NCBI RefSeq assembly: GCF_902652985.1 | Contig: NC_047022.1 | Location: forward strand, 38,254,001 to 38,318,000 | Reading direction: 5' to 3' | DNA length: 64,000 nucleotides | From: Pecten maximus | Lineage: Eukaryota | Shown: piece after piece, positions 14,276 through 27,833 of the stretch | Layout: the number at the start of each line of letters is the position of its first letter | Position numbering within the stretch: position 1 is the stretch's first letter | Position numbers and translations under genes: made by a program | Notes under the pieces: generated by a model | Databases searched by the model: none | Seen by the model: the letters and a program-made list of their open reading frames with translations, nothing else | What the model was told of the DNA's origin: nothing

Positions 14276-15082
14276 ATTACACAACATCTTGTCAAGTTAA
14301 GAGAAAAATACAATCTTATATATTCGACTCCCCGGATGTCACAGATAGATTCAGTATAGTGTGAAATCCAATACTCCTTAGATCGAAATGTGCTGCTAAT
14401 CTCAGATGATTTATTAGAAATTATGCTTCACATCAAAAAAAAACAAAAAGAGATTTTGATATTTGGACTAACTTCGTCATATTCAATACCATTTTCGCAA
14501 CAAATTGAATTATATTATTATTACCATGTAAATAGCTGACAGTGTGAACTATTAAGCGCCTGGTAGAAGTTGACTACCAACTATTGATGACGTGTAGCGC
14601 TGACGTACTTCCGTACTTTTTATCGACCAGTCTGACCTGGAGCACCATGCATTTTTTACGTGTTAGTGATGTCACCTGGTGCATGCTCAGGTGAAACTGA
14701 TAAACTCGAGCAATTAATATTTAACCAGACACGATTAGACAACTCATCCTTTTATTGATTTGTCTCCCACACAATACAGCGTACTCAGTTCAGTCAAAGA
14801 ACGTCTGACCTACACCCAGGTTGTTTACGTTTACAAACTACTCAGGAGAAAGGGTGTGCTACATATAATTATATCGTGTTATCTTATAGCTAAATATGCT
14901 TCCTTCAAATTATTTATCGATCTTACAAAACAGTACGAAAATTAGTCATGTGGTGAACGTAACTACCGTACTAACTATAACGGGTACATTAGGCCTGATC
15001 TAGTTGGTAACATCTGTAGGGTACACAGGTGAGTACATTATAACACAGTGTATATTAGATGTAGGGGTAGAGATAGAGACGT

Positions 15083-15655
15083 ATTACACAGTAGATACAG
15101 AGGTACATCTAAGTATCACACAGTAGATACACAGGTACATCTAAGTATTACACAGTACATACACAGCTACATCTAAGTATTACACAGTAGATACAGGGGT
15201 ACATCTAAGTATAACAGAGTAGATACACAGGTACATCTAAGTATTACACAGTAGATACACAGGTACATCTAAGTATTACACAGTAGATACAGGGGTAAAT
15301 CAAAGTATTACACAGTAGATACAGGGGTACATCTAAGTATTACACAGTAGATACATGGGACATCTAAGTATTACACAGTAGATACAGGGTTACATCTAAG
15401 TATTACACAGTAGGTACAGGAGTTCATCTAAGTATTACACAGTAGATACAGGGTTACATCTAAGTATTACACAGTAGATACAGGGGTACATCTAAGTATT
15501 ACACAGTAGATACAGGGGTACATCTAAGTATTACACAGTAGATATAGGGGTACATCTAAGTATTACACAGTAGATACATGGGACATTTAAGTATTACACA
15601 GTAGATACATGGGACATCTAAGTATTACACAGTAGGTACACATGTGCATCTAAAT
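15083..15655. repeat. 32-bp minisatellite, ~18 copies
   Basis: TATTACACAGTAGATACAGGGGTACATCTAAG. Confidence 0.95.
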
Positions 15656-16629
15656 GTCTAGCTGTATATTTCAGTACAGATAAGTATTACACTGATCGGT
15701 TTATTTGTCGTAGACCAGTAGTCTATTAAGACGATGAACGTGTCACGAGATACATATGACCTTGACACCGGATAATGGAGTAACCTTGACAGATAGCGTG
15801 AGTATGACGCCAGGTGAACTACTTTGATGCCTTCGTTAGTGTTTATGTTTACAGGTAAAACCGGAAACAACTCCTGGTGTTGAAAACTTCCAGTTACATA
15901 ATATCTCTTTATCTCTGTATATGTCTTTAGACAGAGAAACATGTGATACGGTCTGGTTATAGAGATTACCTCACATAATTGTGTCCTATTGCTTGTTAGT
16001 GTGACAATTAGGGACACACTGTAATAAAAACTGAATACTATCTCACTAGTATGCTTACAGGTAGCCCGAACATCAGACTTATTCTGACAGATATACCTAC
16101 ACCAGAAATGTATTTGTCAGACTGTCCAAGTCTGGTGTAAGGGCCAGAGGAAACCCGGGTCGGTTCACGGGTATAATCGGTTTCGTCCGATTAATGACAA
16201 TGTATTATAAGTTTAAGCGAACATGTAGGGCAAGTTTGTGTCGCATAACATAATACCGCATAAATCTACCCTATTACTTGATTGATTGACTGGTGGGGCT
16301 TAACGTCCTTGTTCCGGTTATAACCGAGTCTAGGACACTATACCCTGGTACAATAAACAGTAGCAGACATTAATTATCACATGGACAGCTAATCATGTTA
16401 AAAAATTAGAATAAAGTCTGTTAATACACCAAATGTATATGCCTCAACACTAGGGGAAGTTTTATTTAACCCTCTGTCCCTACTCATCAATGTACTTCTA
16501 TCGTGATTAAATACAGCTACACAACAAGGTAATGGTACCGAACTTATGTTATCCTTCCAAGGTGGACTGCACACATTATTTTAAAATCAATATCCTTCAT
16601 CTACATTAACCGATTTGTTTATTTCCATA

Positions 16630-17332
16630 AGGACATTCCACTAACAACATCACCGGGAAGGCCTATATAGTCTGGACGTTTGGTAGTAGGACATGCCACT
16701 AACAAATCACCGGGAAGGCCTATATAGTCTGGATGTTTGGTGGTAGGACATGCCACTAACAACATCACCAGGAAGGCCTATATAGTCTGGACGTTTGGTG
16801 ATAGGACATGCCACTAACAACATCACCGGGAAGGCCTATATAGTCTGGACGTTTGGTGGTAGGACATGCCACTAACAATATCACCGGGAAGGCCTATATA
16901 GTTTGGATGTTTGGCAGTAGGACATGCCACTAACAACATCACCAGGAAGGCCTATATAGTTTGGATGTTTGGCAGTAGGATATGCCACTAACAATATCAC
17001 CGGGAAGGCCTATATAGTCTGGACGTTTGGTAGTAGGACATGCCACTAACAACATCACCGGGAAGGCCTATATAGTCTGGACGTTTGGTGGTAGGACATG
17101 CCACTAACAATATCACCGGGAAGGCCTATATAGTCTGGACGTTTGGTAGTAGGACATGCCACTAACAAGATCACCGGGAAGGCCTATATAGTCTGGACGT
17201 TTGGTAGTAGGACATGCCACTAACAACATCACCGGGAAGGCCTATATAGTCTGGACGTTTGGCAGTAGGACATGCCACTAACAACATCACCGGGAAGGCC
17301 TATATAGTCTGGACGTTTGGTGGTAGGATATG
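16630..17332. repeat. 58-bp minisatellite, ~12 copies
   Basis: AGGACATGCCACTAACAACATCACCGGGAAGGCCTATATAGTCTGGACGTTTGGTAGT. Confidence 0.95.
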
Positions 17333-17704
17333 ACCCAGTTTGTAGAACAAGCATGCTTTTCTTTGATTGATTTACACCTGCAGGCGCACCTGAGAGTACC
17401 TGTGATGTCAGTGATCGATCTACAGGTATGACTAATACTCATAGATCACTGATCGATATCTCACCTTAGATGCACACAAAGTGTATTCATCATAGAAACA
17501 GTGGAACGCAGTTGTGGGAAACTGACCGTTTCCATTATCGCTACTGATTTCAATTACGAAACAAGCCACTCCGAGGCAGCCACCGGTTTCTTTAACAATC
17601 AATCAATACAGATAATCAGAGTAAATAAGACGGTTGCCTTGACAAATTCCGATGGATGGACACCGTTGATATTGCTTTTCTGCCTTATATCAACCTAAAC
17701 AACG

Positions 17705-18002
17705 TGTGTCCTGTCTCTAACTTCCGATTTGTCGATAGTTTAAGGATGGTTCCTCTGACTTCCGTTTTTTACAACAGTTTCAAAATGAGTCCCTCTGACT
17801 TCCGATATTCTAAGTCTGATCCTACTAAACTTTGATCATTTAAATATGGGTCCCTCTGACTTCAAGTATTCTGATTTTATAGATGGCTCCATCTAACTAC
17901 CGACACCCAAAGCCAAGATAGACCCCCTTGACTTCCGGTAGTCTACGCTTGGTCCTAATGATCCATAATATTTTACAGATGGGTCCTTCTGACTTCCGGT
18001 TT
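17705..18002. repeat. Decayed repeat cluster
   Basis: About 7 imperfect copies of GATGGGTCCCTCTGACTTCCG at irregular spacing. Confidence 0.6.
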
Positions 18003-18351
18003 TCAATGTTAGTCGAATTTTTCGCAGTCTTAGTTCCACAGTAAGCGATGATGATAGAGGGACATTGCGCGCATTACTGACTAGATATGATTAGTGTACA
18101 AGTCGAATCCAAGTAAAATCCAGATGTACAAGCATTGGTAACCAGCTTAATACACGTCTGAATGACAGGGTACGGAATTTATGTTTACGTTTTTGATTGA
18201 CAGACTTACGTATCATATATCCTGTATCTGAATACAACGTAAGAGGATTTAAAACTATGAGATGTATTTATTTAACACATATTGATTTACATCGCTCGGG
18301 TTGCCCCGGATAGAAGCGAGGGGTACCCAAAGAACATACAGGGGAATGCAA

Positions 18352-18635
18352 CCCCTGGCGGCCGACCAGCCATAACAACAGTGGATATAGACAACTTTTG
18401 ACGCTAGGCCCAACAACTCCATAACAGCAGTGGATAATCAACTCCATAACATCAGTTGATATAGACAACCTTTGACCCTAAGCCCAACAACTCCATAACA
18501 ACAGTGGATATAGACAACGTTTGACCCTAGGCCCGACCACCCCATAACAACAGTGGATATAGACAACTTCCGACCCCTGGTCCCGACCACCCGTTACATC
18601 AGTGGGATATAAACAACTTTTGACCCTAAGCCCTT
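18352..18635. repeat. ~49-bp degenerate tandem repeat
   Basis: CCCTAGGCCCAACAACTCCATAACAACAGTGGATATAGACAACTTTTGA. Confidence 0.85.
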
Positions 18636-19577
18636 AGTCCTTAGTTACATTCCACTGTAGATTTAGTAGAGATTTGTAAATAAACAAACCGTGTCGGTAC
18701 TATCTAATTAAAGCGACTTTTGAGGGGACGTTGTCCGGTACACAGCCCCTAACATAAACAGTTAACCACGAACAGCATGTACATGTGGAAGTTATACCGT
18801 CACAGTTTAGCCAATCACTGACGACATTATACTTGGTTACATGGCCAGCCTGAGAGGTTATTACTCACGTTTATAATGAGTATGACACGGGCTGTATTTA
18901 TAGACCGAGTGTGACACAGCATACTTATCTAAACACTACTCGGGGGTATCTTGTACTGAATAAGACGACAGTTGTAAATATCAGCTGGGTGACACTATCG
19001 CCAGGATTAATTAAGTGAACTGTATACTGTAGTTGGGTTGATGGTGCAGTTACTTCTAGTTATAACATTTTTCCGGGTCTATAAGAATATGATGTCCATT
19101 TGTCATGTTAATTAAACGATCATTAAGTAAGAAATACAGCAAAGAGGAATCATTCAAAAACAACAGTACATTAATATATTTCAATCATTAGTTCTACTTC
19201 AAAGTGGATGTTTGAGAATATCATAACAGATTTACATGGATATCATGAACAGATTACCAGGACATATGGCCAAGTGTTCCAGGAGAGTAAGCGTCGTTTG
19301 ATTATAACGGCGGCATGACGTCATGTTCTCAACAGGACACAACAGTAGGCATATGGTTACTGGTCGCTGATTGAAACAATTGATTATTAATCAGATGACA
19401 AAGTTGACAATAGTCTTGATCACATCCGTCCCTGTATACTGTAGAAATGGGGACTTGGAACCACTGAACTTACCATGTAATACGGCTCGGTAGTGACCTC
19501 TATTGGTTACGTGGTAAGAAAATGGACTAGAGTAGGTGGCCGTTGTGGTCGGCATGGACAATACATATTTGTATCAA

Positions 19578-19672
19578 TGCCATACATGTGTATCACAGCC
19601 ATACACCACGGCCATACACCACAGCCATACATCACAGCCATACACCACGGCCATACATCACAGCCATACATT
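19578..19672. repeat. ~13-bp tandem repeat
   Basis: CACAGCCATACAT/CACGGCCATACAC. Confidence 0.8.
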
Positions 19673-20307
19673 TGTATCACCGTAAATAACGGATTACGGT
19701 GATGTTCCTCTAATTTGGAATGGGATATTTATAATAGAAAATTTTTGAAACACGAATGCTCGACACAGATCGAAAACATTAGTCACGTATTTGTAGGATA
19801 ATTACACATACTGACCAAACATATTCCTCTACGTCCTATTGTCTTTCTCGCTAGATCATGACCGGGTAACTTACAATGGTGACCCGACAATACCTGTATC
19901 GACATCTCACTCATTGTAAAAAATCAATATTTCTCTTAAATCACATTAAAAAATGGCACACAAAAGGCTTTGTCCTAATTCCGACTCACGTCTTCCAACA
20001 CAGATCGACGTATTATTTACAATACCTGTGTCAGAAAGCAGATGGTATGTAGTACAACTACACAATAAATGTCATTGTCTTGGACTTAATGTCCAGCCAG
20101 TGGTATTACTCCCTAAGATAGAAACCACAGGGCCATATTACTATAATTATTCCTGGGTATGTATGGAATTATACAAATGATAGTTGTGAGCTTTACAACT
20201 CACTGCTATTGTAAGGTGAAAGCAACTTTGCTGAATTTATTTTTGGTATTTGTTATGCATGAAGTGTTTGATCATTGGTACAGCTGTTACGTGGAGTCCC
20301 TAGGAAT

Positions 20308-20580
20308 TACACGTGCTCCACACATGGTCACACCTTTACACGTGCTCCACACATGGCCACACCTTTACACGTGCTCCATACATGGCCACACCTTTACACG
20401 TGCTCCATACATGATCACACCTTTACACGTGCTCCACACATGGCCACACCTTTACACGTGCTCCATACATGGCCACACCTTTACACGTGCTCCAGACATG
20501 GTCACACCTTTACACGTGCTCCATACATGGCCACACCTTTACACGTGCTCCATATATGGCCACACCTTTACACGTGTTCT
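20308..20580. repeat. 29-bp minisatellite, ~9 copies
   Basis: ACACGTGCTCCATACATGGCCACACCTTT. Confidence 0.93.
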
Positions 20581-22876
20581 CATGATAAGGTGATGCTAGT
20601 AAGGGATCACGAAGACAGCGGGACCATAGGCCACGTATGTAATATAACTCTCACAAAATACACCGAAACCCCGATATAAAACATAAGTTTCCAAGCAAGT
20701 ATTGTCTACTATTTCACAATAGGAACGCAGGAAAAAGTCACGAATATTTCTTCTGCAACAATAACTTATTAAAGCCATTAATTTCCTAAATACTTTGAGG
20801 ATATCAGATTAGTGTTACGATTGGAACAATGCAAGAGTCAGTGATAAAGATAACGCTTAATTTAATCATTTCATCGCCATTATGTCTTGCCTCAAATTGG
20901 CAATGGACCGTTAAACAACACAAAACAATCACCGTTTACTGTCCATTGGAAAGATACATAACGCTGAGGATGTTCCTTGGAAAGGATACTTCGGTAAAAA
21001 GACCCATGTGGAACAATCTTATCTCAAGTATAACTACGTCAATACCACATACTGTACATCTTGTTTCTATCGAGACAATGTTTCAAAGCGTACATCGTAT
21101 GGAAACACTTAACCAATGACAACTGTAACGTCGCTTTATTAACGATAGACAATAGAAACTTAATGAAATTTTCTTTGACACCCGAGTTTTGAATACCAAA
21201 AGTTGTTCTCTTGTTCCACATGTTATACAGCCCTTAATACGACTTCATTTGTATACTATCCAGTATTTAAGACAGTAAAGAATTAACTTAAACGGGCACT
21301 ACTCATATGTCCATCACACTCGCCAAGACCCAGGGCATTGTGTAGTAACTTACGCCTGTTAGGTGGGATGTGAAGCATGTTACTATATACCCGGTATACG
21401 ACTGTTTATCAATTCAACAGATGTCGACAATCATCATTAGTAAGTAAGAATTACATCACAGCGGTCAGTCGTTATACTCGAGGATCTTTCGGAAGGTCAG
21501 TGGAATTAGACGCAATCTTACGCCACGTAGATGACTCCGGAGAGCTTCCGGCTATGGACCATGGCCCTGGTAATGACAGGTTGGACCGGAGTAGTACCCG
21601 GTAGCTAGGTGTCGGGGGTTTTTAGGTGACATATGTAGACAACACTAGGTACCAGACCGTAACTTTGGTATGGATCTGTGCTGGCATTGTACAGGTTTGG
21701 CGCATCCTAGATGCTAGCAAAACTGGTCGTAAAACTGCAAGTCTCTAAATATGACACGTCAAACATAGTCCTCCTGGCCGACTCCTGATACGATTCACGT
21801 TTAGCAATCTGTACAATGATTTCATGACACTGTTCAATATACTGGAATTGTACAATACAATATACCGGAACTGTACAAATCTTGGTATCGCATGCTTTCT
21901 GCTGTAATTGTACATACAAATGTACATCAATCAGACGTCAGACCAATTGTCGGGGTTTTACAAATATTAAGACCACAACTGCGATTTTACGTAATGTATT
22001 AAAACAGGTTTTATCGATTTCTGTGGGAGTTTCATTACACTTTTTTAAGATATTGTATAACACAGCATTTAGTGCTTCTTCTATCAATTAAATATGAATG
22101 CCACTGCAAGTTTTCATCGAAACAGCCATGTTCGGTGTGAGAGAAGACTGCACCAGACATCGATCAAATCCCCTTGTGGAATTGGCTGTTGAAACTATGA
22201 GATGTGGACAGGGAAGGACTCGTCGCTTTATCACAATAATTTGATATCAGCTGTAATTGTTTCTGACAATACCCCCTAATGATAATTTACGTGAATGTGT
22301 GGAGGAGTGTCATAGCTTCCTTCCGGTACCCTATCTCTGTGCAGATTGGGAGACTGTATTTAGTATAGTAATAGATGCCACTGTTGCGGTTTTGGTAAAT
22401 AGCGTATCCTGAGCAGGAAATTAACCAGATTTATCTGAATAATTACGTTAAAATCTACAGTGGACTATACCAAAAGAAAACTTTGATATTTAGAACATTC
22501 CCTTAATCCAAGTTCATGAAAGAACGAGTTCTGGGACTAAAGTCCGACCTAGTAAAACACACACATATGCAATCGTGTATATATTTGAACATATTTTGTC
22601 ATAATTACAGAATGGACGTGGCGATGTTTTATCATTGTATATATACAATATATCAATATATATATCATTATATATCCGTCATACATATTATCTAGAATTA
22701 TGATAATAGATCATCTTTATGAGCGAGATATAGAATTTATGAACTGATATTTTAAGATATAGGATAACATAATGTATACTATTATGAGAGAGCCAAACAA
22801 GGCAATAGGTCGGAGTAGTCGGGGGTCGCACACGACAGACTCCACCTTCTTGACGACATAGCTAAAAGTGGCTTAC

Positions 22877-23203
22877 CTGTTCGTTTGCATTGATCCCACG
22901 TTTAGGGGCATTAAGGGCCGACTGGATCCCTATTGCATCCTTGTCAATGGAACCCACCATTCTGGTGAGGTGGACATTGCAGTAGACATCCGGAGTGTTT
23001 TCCTGGTCCCAGTGGAACGTCTTCAAGGTCAACTGTAATCCACAAATACGACAACGGAAACACCTCCTGTGGAACAACACCCCCACATCCACCTTCTCCA
23101 CCGGATACACACGTTTCTCACAGCGGTAACAGGGGTCCCTAGGGAGCGACCTTAGATCCTCACATTCAGAGTCGTCTCCGTCACTAGAACACCTGTCATC
23201 CAT
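22877..23203 (-). CDS. LIM-domain first coding exon of a second hillarin-like paralog (partial gene)
   Basis: ATG at 23203; DPCYRCEKRVYPVEKVDVGVLFHRRCFRCRICGLQLTLKTF...VYCNVH is clearly homologous to the exon at 60201-60617; it is followed by the hillarin-like segment IDKDAIGIQSALNAPK...NEQ; donor CAG|GTAAGC, phase 0. Confidence 0.85.
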
Positions 23204-24632
23204 CGTTTGTTACCTGGCTACTTACGGGTGGTACGGTCTTGGTCTAACGGTATGGTACCTGTCATAATTGGTATATGTAATCGGTACCGTCCGGTATTAC
23301 GGGTACCTGGACATGTCTGTTGACATCAGAAGTCGAGTATAATTAGTAAACTATGAATCACACAGAGCACTGATCACACTCTATAAATACACACATAAAT
23401 ACTGGTATCAATTGGTAATCCCGTTATATACACACTAAGACGTTATTCCATGTAGACAATGGGTACCGCGGACACGTTTTACATGTAATACACAAGATCC
23501 AGGTACACACAACACATGCTACACAACACTCTCGTAAACTGAAAGTTCAAACCAAACAAATGCACCCCGAAAAGCTCCGCCCCCTATCGACATCCCCTGC
23601 TTTCCGATTGGTTGGTCCTTAGGTCGATAAAAATACAAGTTATATCTGATCTCGTCTGACTAACTCTGGTTCATTGTGTGTTTACACACACGTCTGTGAC
23701 ATTTGTGTATTATACATCAACCGACTGGCTTCCTTGCTTTACTAACTGATATATTTAATGAATATTGGTTTACAAATCTTATTTCCAATTCTACACTTGG
23801 TTTCAAATGTATATCGTTGGTGGACCAAAGAGAGACAACTCCGATGTTAGGCCCCGATTATGTACATTAGTTTTCAACTGGCCTTGAGGGCGAACTTCGA
23901 TAAAGGGATTTTCTGAGTAAAAACATCATTGCACAGAGGATTAAATTTGGGACAATATTAATAACAAATAAATAACATTTACTCAAATGTTAATATGAAA
24001 AGCTGAGATCCAAATAGGTGCCTGCCAAACGATTTGTCTGTTTTCAGCGAAATATGTTTTTTGTCATCTAACGTTACAGTAAATAGACATAAGCTTCTAG
24101 ACTGTGTAGCCATACTAACTCATGGCCACGTGCATGTCTTACTTGAGTTTTCATTTTACATTAGAATTATGAAAATAATCTTAAGAATTTTTCATTTTAC
24201 CGAGGCAGTTAGTTATTGCATCTATACGTCATCATTGCTACATCAAAATATCGATTTGTTTCTTTTCAAAACACATAGCGTCAAGATCAGTGACCGCAGA
24301 TTAGATACTAAAACCGTCTCCGGAGCCTTTCTATCGGTGTTACCATATATGTCGGAGCTAAGTACATTTGTGCATATGTTGGGGTTCAACATCCTTCGCT
24401 TGGTTATATGAGGACGGGTGTATGCATCCCATTTCTGATAGAGCAAAAGACGTTATAAACTGTTACATTTAATATTCTTAATTATCAAATATCCTAAATC
24501 TACCAGATAATTTTTTTTCTTATTCTTGAAATAGGAATTATTTTGATTGTCTCATTATTCCTCACCGTAGTTCTGAATTCCCACACGACATGTGGCCCCT
24601 AGTCGGGCTAGAATGATGTAAAACCTGTGAGG

Positions 24633-24868
24633 TGTAGTTTTATCTACATGTACCATTTTATTATATATTAGATCTACGAGGAATTTACACACTTTGTCCG
24701 AGTGGAATAGTTTTATTTTCCATTTTATTTTATATTATATCTACGAGGAATTCACACACTTTGCTGAGTGGAATAGTTTTATTTTCCATTTTATTTTATA
24801 TTATATCTACGAGGAATTCACACGCTTTGCCCGAGTGGTGTAGTTTTATTTACCATTTTATTATACAT
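24633..24868. repeat. ~67-bp tandem repeat x3
   Basis: TAGTTTTATTTTCCATTTTATTTTATATTATATCTACGAGGAATTCACACACTTTG...GAGTGG; a partial copy also at ~24985. Confidence 0.85.
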
Positions 24869-25139
24869 GTATTGACCAGTCTTTACACTTAACTGATGAG
24901 CGACAGAGCGGAGTTATAATGATTATATAATGTTGACAAATATTGACCAAACTTTGCACCAAAAAGTTAACGAAGTTCCACTGTATATTATATCTACGAG
25001 GAATTCACATTTCCATCCATGTGTTTCATTTACAAATTACTGTTACACTATTGAGCCTTTACATCACTGGCGAGTCTTAAAAAGACGAGCCAACTGTATG
25101 ATGATATTTCGCATAATCCTGAATGTGATATTGTTTTAC

Positions 25140-25275
25140 ACTGAGTTTTCCTCAGGTACTTCGGTTTCCTCCCACAGTAAGACCTCTCGCGCGCTTTGAA
25201 CAATCCGGGCCAACACGCATCATAAATATAAGTTGATATAGCTTGCTTCGCAAACGTAAAATGAATAAAGTTTTG
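25140..25275 (+). mobile_element. 5'-truncated V-domain SINE fragment
   Basis: GAGTTTTCCTCAGGTACTTCGGTTTCCTCCCAC matches the V-SINE core; tail ends AATAAAGTTT. Confidence 0.65.
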
Positions 25276-26029
25276 ATAAAACTTATACAAAATATGTTTC
25301 CCGCTTTCCAAGAAAATAGCTTATAACCTACGAAAGAAGTAATAATAGTAAGAGTCATTCTGGTGTCAACAGACTTCCACAATCCAAGGGACACAACTCG
25401 TGTAGTCAGTTAGCCTAGCTGTGTGATCATTATTAGATGTATATGTTGTGTTAATAATAAATTCTTTCATATAACAGATGTATTTTCCTCTCGCTTTTCA
25501 TGTGAATTTTGAAAATTATTGATTTTTAGTGATTTTCATATTTGTTTTGCAATACATCAATATATACACATGTCTATAATGTATACAGTGTTCCAGTACT
25601 ATGCTGTTGTTGTTGTTGTTGTTTGAAGTGTATTGACAACGCGGGACAGGCAAAACCATAGTATACATTACTTGTGATTTGTGTTTCCATAGTAACCATG
25701 GAGGTATTGAGACTGGAAATTGCTCCACAGCAAAAGACACTATTATACCACTCGATTGATTTGTGTAGAAACGAATTCATCGATACATTCAAAGTTATAT
25801 GTGACGTGACTTTCATGTGCGAGAATAATATCGAAAGTTTGTAACTTGCTCGTGTAGAGAAAGTTGTCGACTTTTCGTAAATACACCATATTTATAAAGT
25901 CAACATGGACTAAAACAAAAATAAATAAAAGACTTTCAAAACATTTTTTTCGCTAACGGATCAGAAATCGGAGATCGCAGTGGGGGTCCAGTAATTCAGT
26001 GATAAAGTCGTATATAGTATTGTACTATT

Positions 26030-26035
26030 TTTATT
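26030..26035 (-). promoter_or_regulatory. Candidate polyadenylation signal of hillarin-like gene 1 (3'UTR ~1.8 kb)
   Basis: AATAAA on the minus strand at the end of an AT-rich, repeat-free stretch downstream of the stop; other AATAAA candidates exist. Confidence 0.3.
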
Positions 26036-27833
26036 ACATTCACATCAAGCATATAACAACATAATTATGGGAGTATAATACAAAGACACAAACAAAACAG
26101 GTATAGCTGCTGTACAGTTAACAATACACAATAAATACAATAGACGTACACTTTACATACGTATAAAGCTTCGTATAGTCCACACAAATAAATAGTTTAA
26201 ACATATACCATATGTAACAAAAAGTTAGGAACTACACCACACTAAAACATAAAATTATCGTCAGTTGCGAAGAAATTTCTGCGAATATTATTTGTTCCAA
26301 GATACGACAATGCGAATTGTTCACCCAACACACCCACGTTAATATACATTAATGAAATGAAACATTAAATGGTGCATGCTTCCGTATTGACCATGAAGAC
26401 CATGTTGGTATTGTCGAGATATATGTTTTTGACTGAATCAGAAAAGTTCGTCTTTAAAGGCTTGTAAATATTGAAATTCGACAACAGTGTGAACGTAAAA
26501 CGCATGATGGTTTGTTATCGACTCTGATAAATAAATCAAATAAATATCCTGAAGAATGACCATATACCGCCACAAATAATAATAGGATCATCCCCAAACT
26601 GATGAGGCAGATTTATGTAAAGATATACGGTTTCATGAAAACATAGCAGGACATCATACCTTTTTATAAGAAGCCAAATACATTTATTGATATCATGTAA
26701 TTTAAACATAATGCGAGTCAGTCAGGCGTACTCTCATTTTGTTGTTGGTATTGTTAGCGTTAGAGTTTTTAAAATTCGGTCTTCAGGTATGTTAAACTGA
26801 AGTCAGTGACTTGTTGGATACTACGATGTCCAATATGCTAATGACTTTGACAATGGTTAACACGAGTACGTGGTATACCTACATGTATTACAACATTAGA
26901 CTACATACAATGGCACATAACATCTCTACCACGTGTTGTTTCTGAACGAACCACACGTGCATGTGATCTAAGAATATCGAACTGCTGCCTTTACAAATTA
27001 ATCATGTTTGTAATTTGTACAAAATCATTCATATATTATTTTAATCACAATATACATGTACACTTTAACTGCTACTACAAAAATGCCCCGATAATGCATT
27101 TCTATAAAATTCATCAAACAGTCATCTTTGTTTAAATTAAATAAAGGCTAAAGCTAGTGCCTTGTAAGCTTTCAAAATAGATAACAAAATCCATCAATGA
27201 AGAACATTAGCTATGACAGATCTTGTAATCCAACGACGCTCCTCTGACTGGCCACATTACTATTTGTCCCTGTGTTGGAAACCACATTAGGTACTGTACA
27301 TAGCACCACATTATCAGACCATAACCATCCTGCAGGTTTATCCAGACTATCACATTAGTGAGAACTGTCTCTGTATGGGACGATATTGTTACAGTTTGGT
27401 GACATTCCGTACCGCTCTAGGCCTACTCTTATTGGCCATATGTACTCTGCAGTGTCGGGAATTATTCAGAACTGAAATATACTCCACATGGTGTTTACAA
27501 GACAACGTCAAAGTATCATTATTTTTATTCTAAATTTTAACCATGTGATGCGGATGAATATACCACCTCAAACAATGCTGCAAACGTGTAGCGAATTCAT
27601 AACTGATAAGTTTAAACTGAAGTTTACTAAGCTATGATTAACGACTTGAAGCCAGGATATCAAAGAAAGAGCACTAAAATGGGAAGCCATGTTACAAAGC
27701 AGATAGTAAATTCTTACGTATTTGGGAAGAATTCTGATCTAAGACGTTTTAATATATCTAATTGAAACAAGACGTGATAACACCAATTAATATACTTGAT
27801 GTGTTGCCAGGGTTACCATCTCATAAATGTCAA

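Noticed and set aside
16630-17332. Tandem hammerhead (retrozyme-like) array
   Set aside because: Superficial resemblance (GAAGGCC...ACGTT), but neither strand has a CTGANGA or GAAA core.
24893-24915. CTGATGAG hammerhead-like box
   Set aside because: No downstream GAAA or flanking stems.
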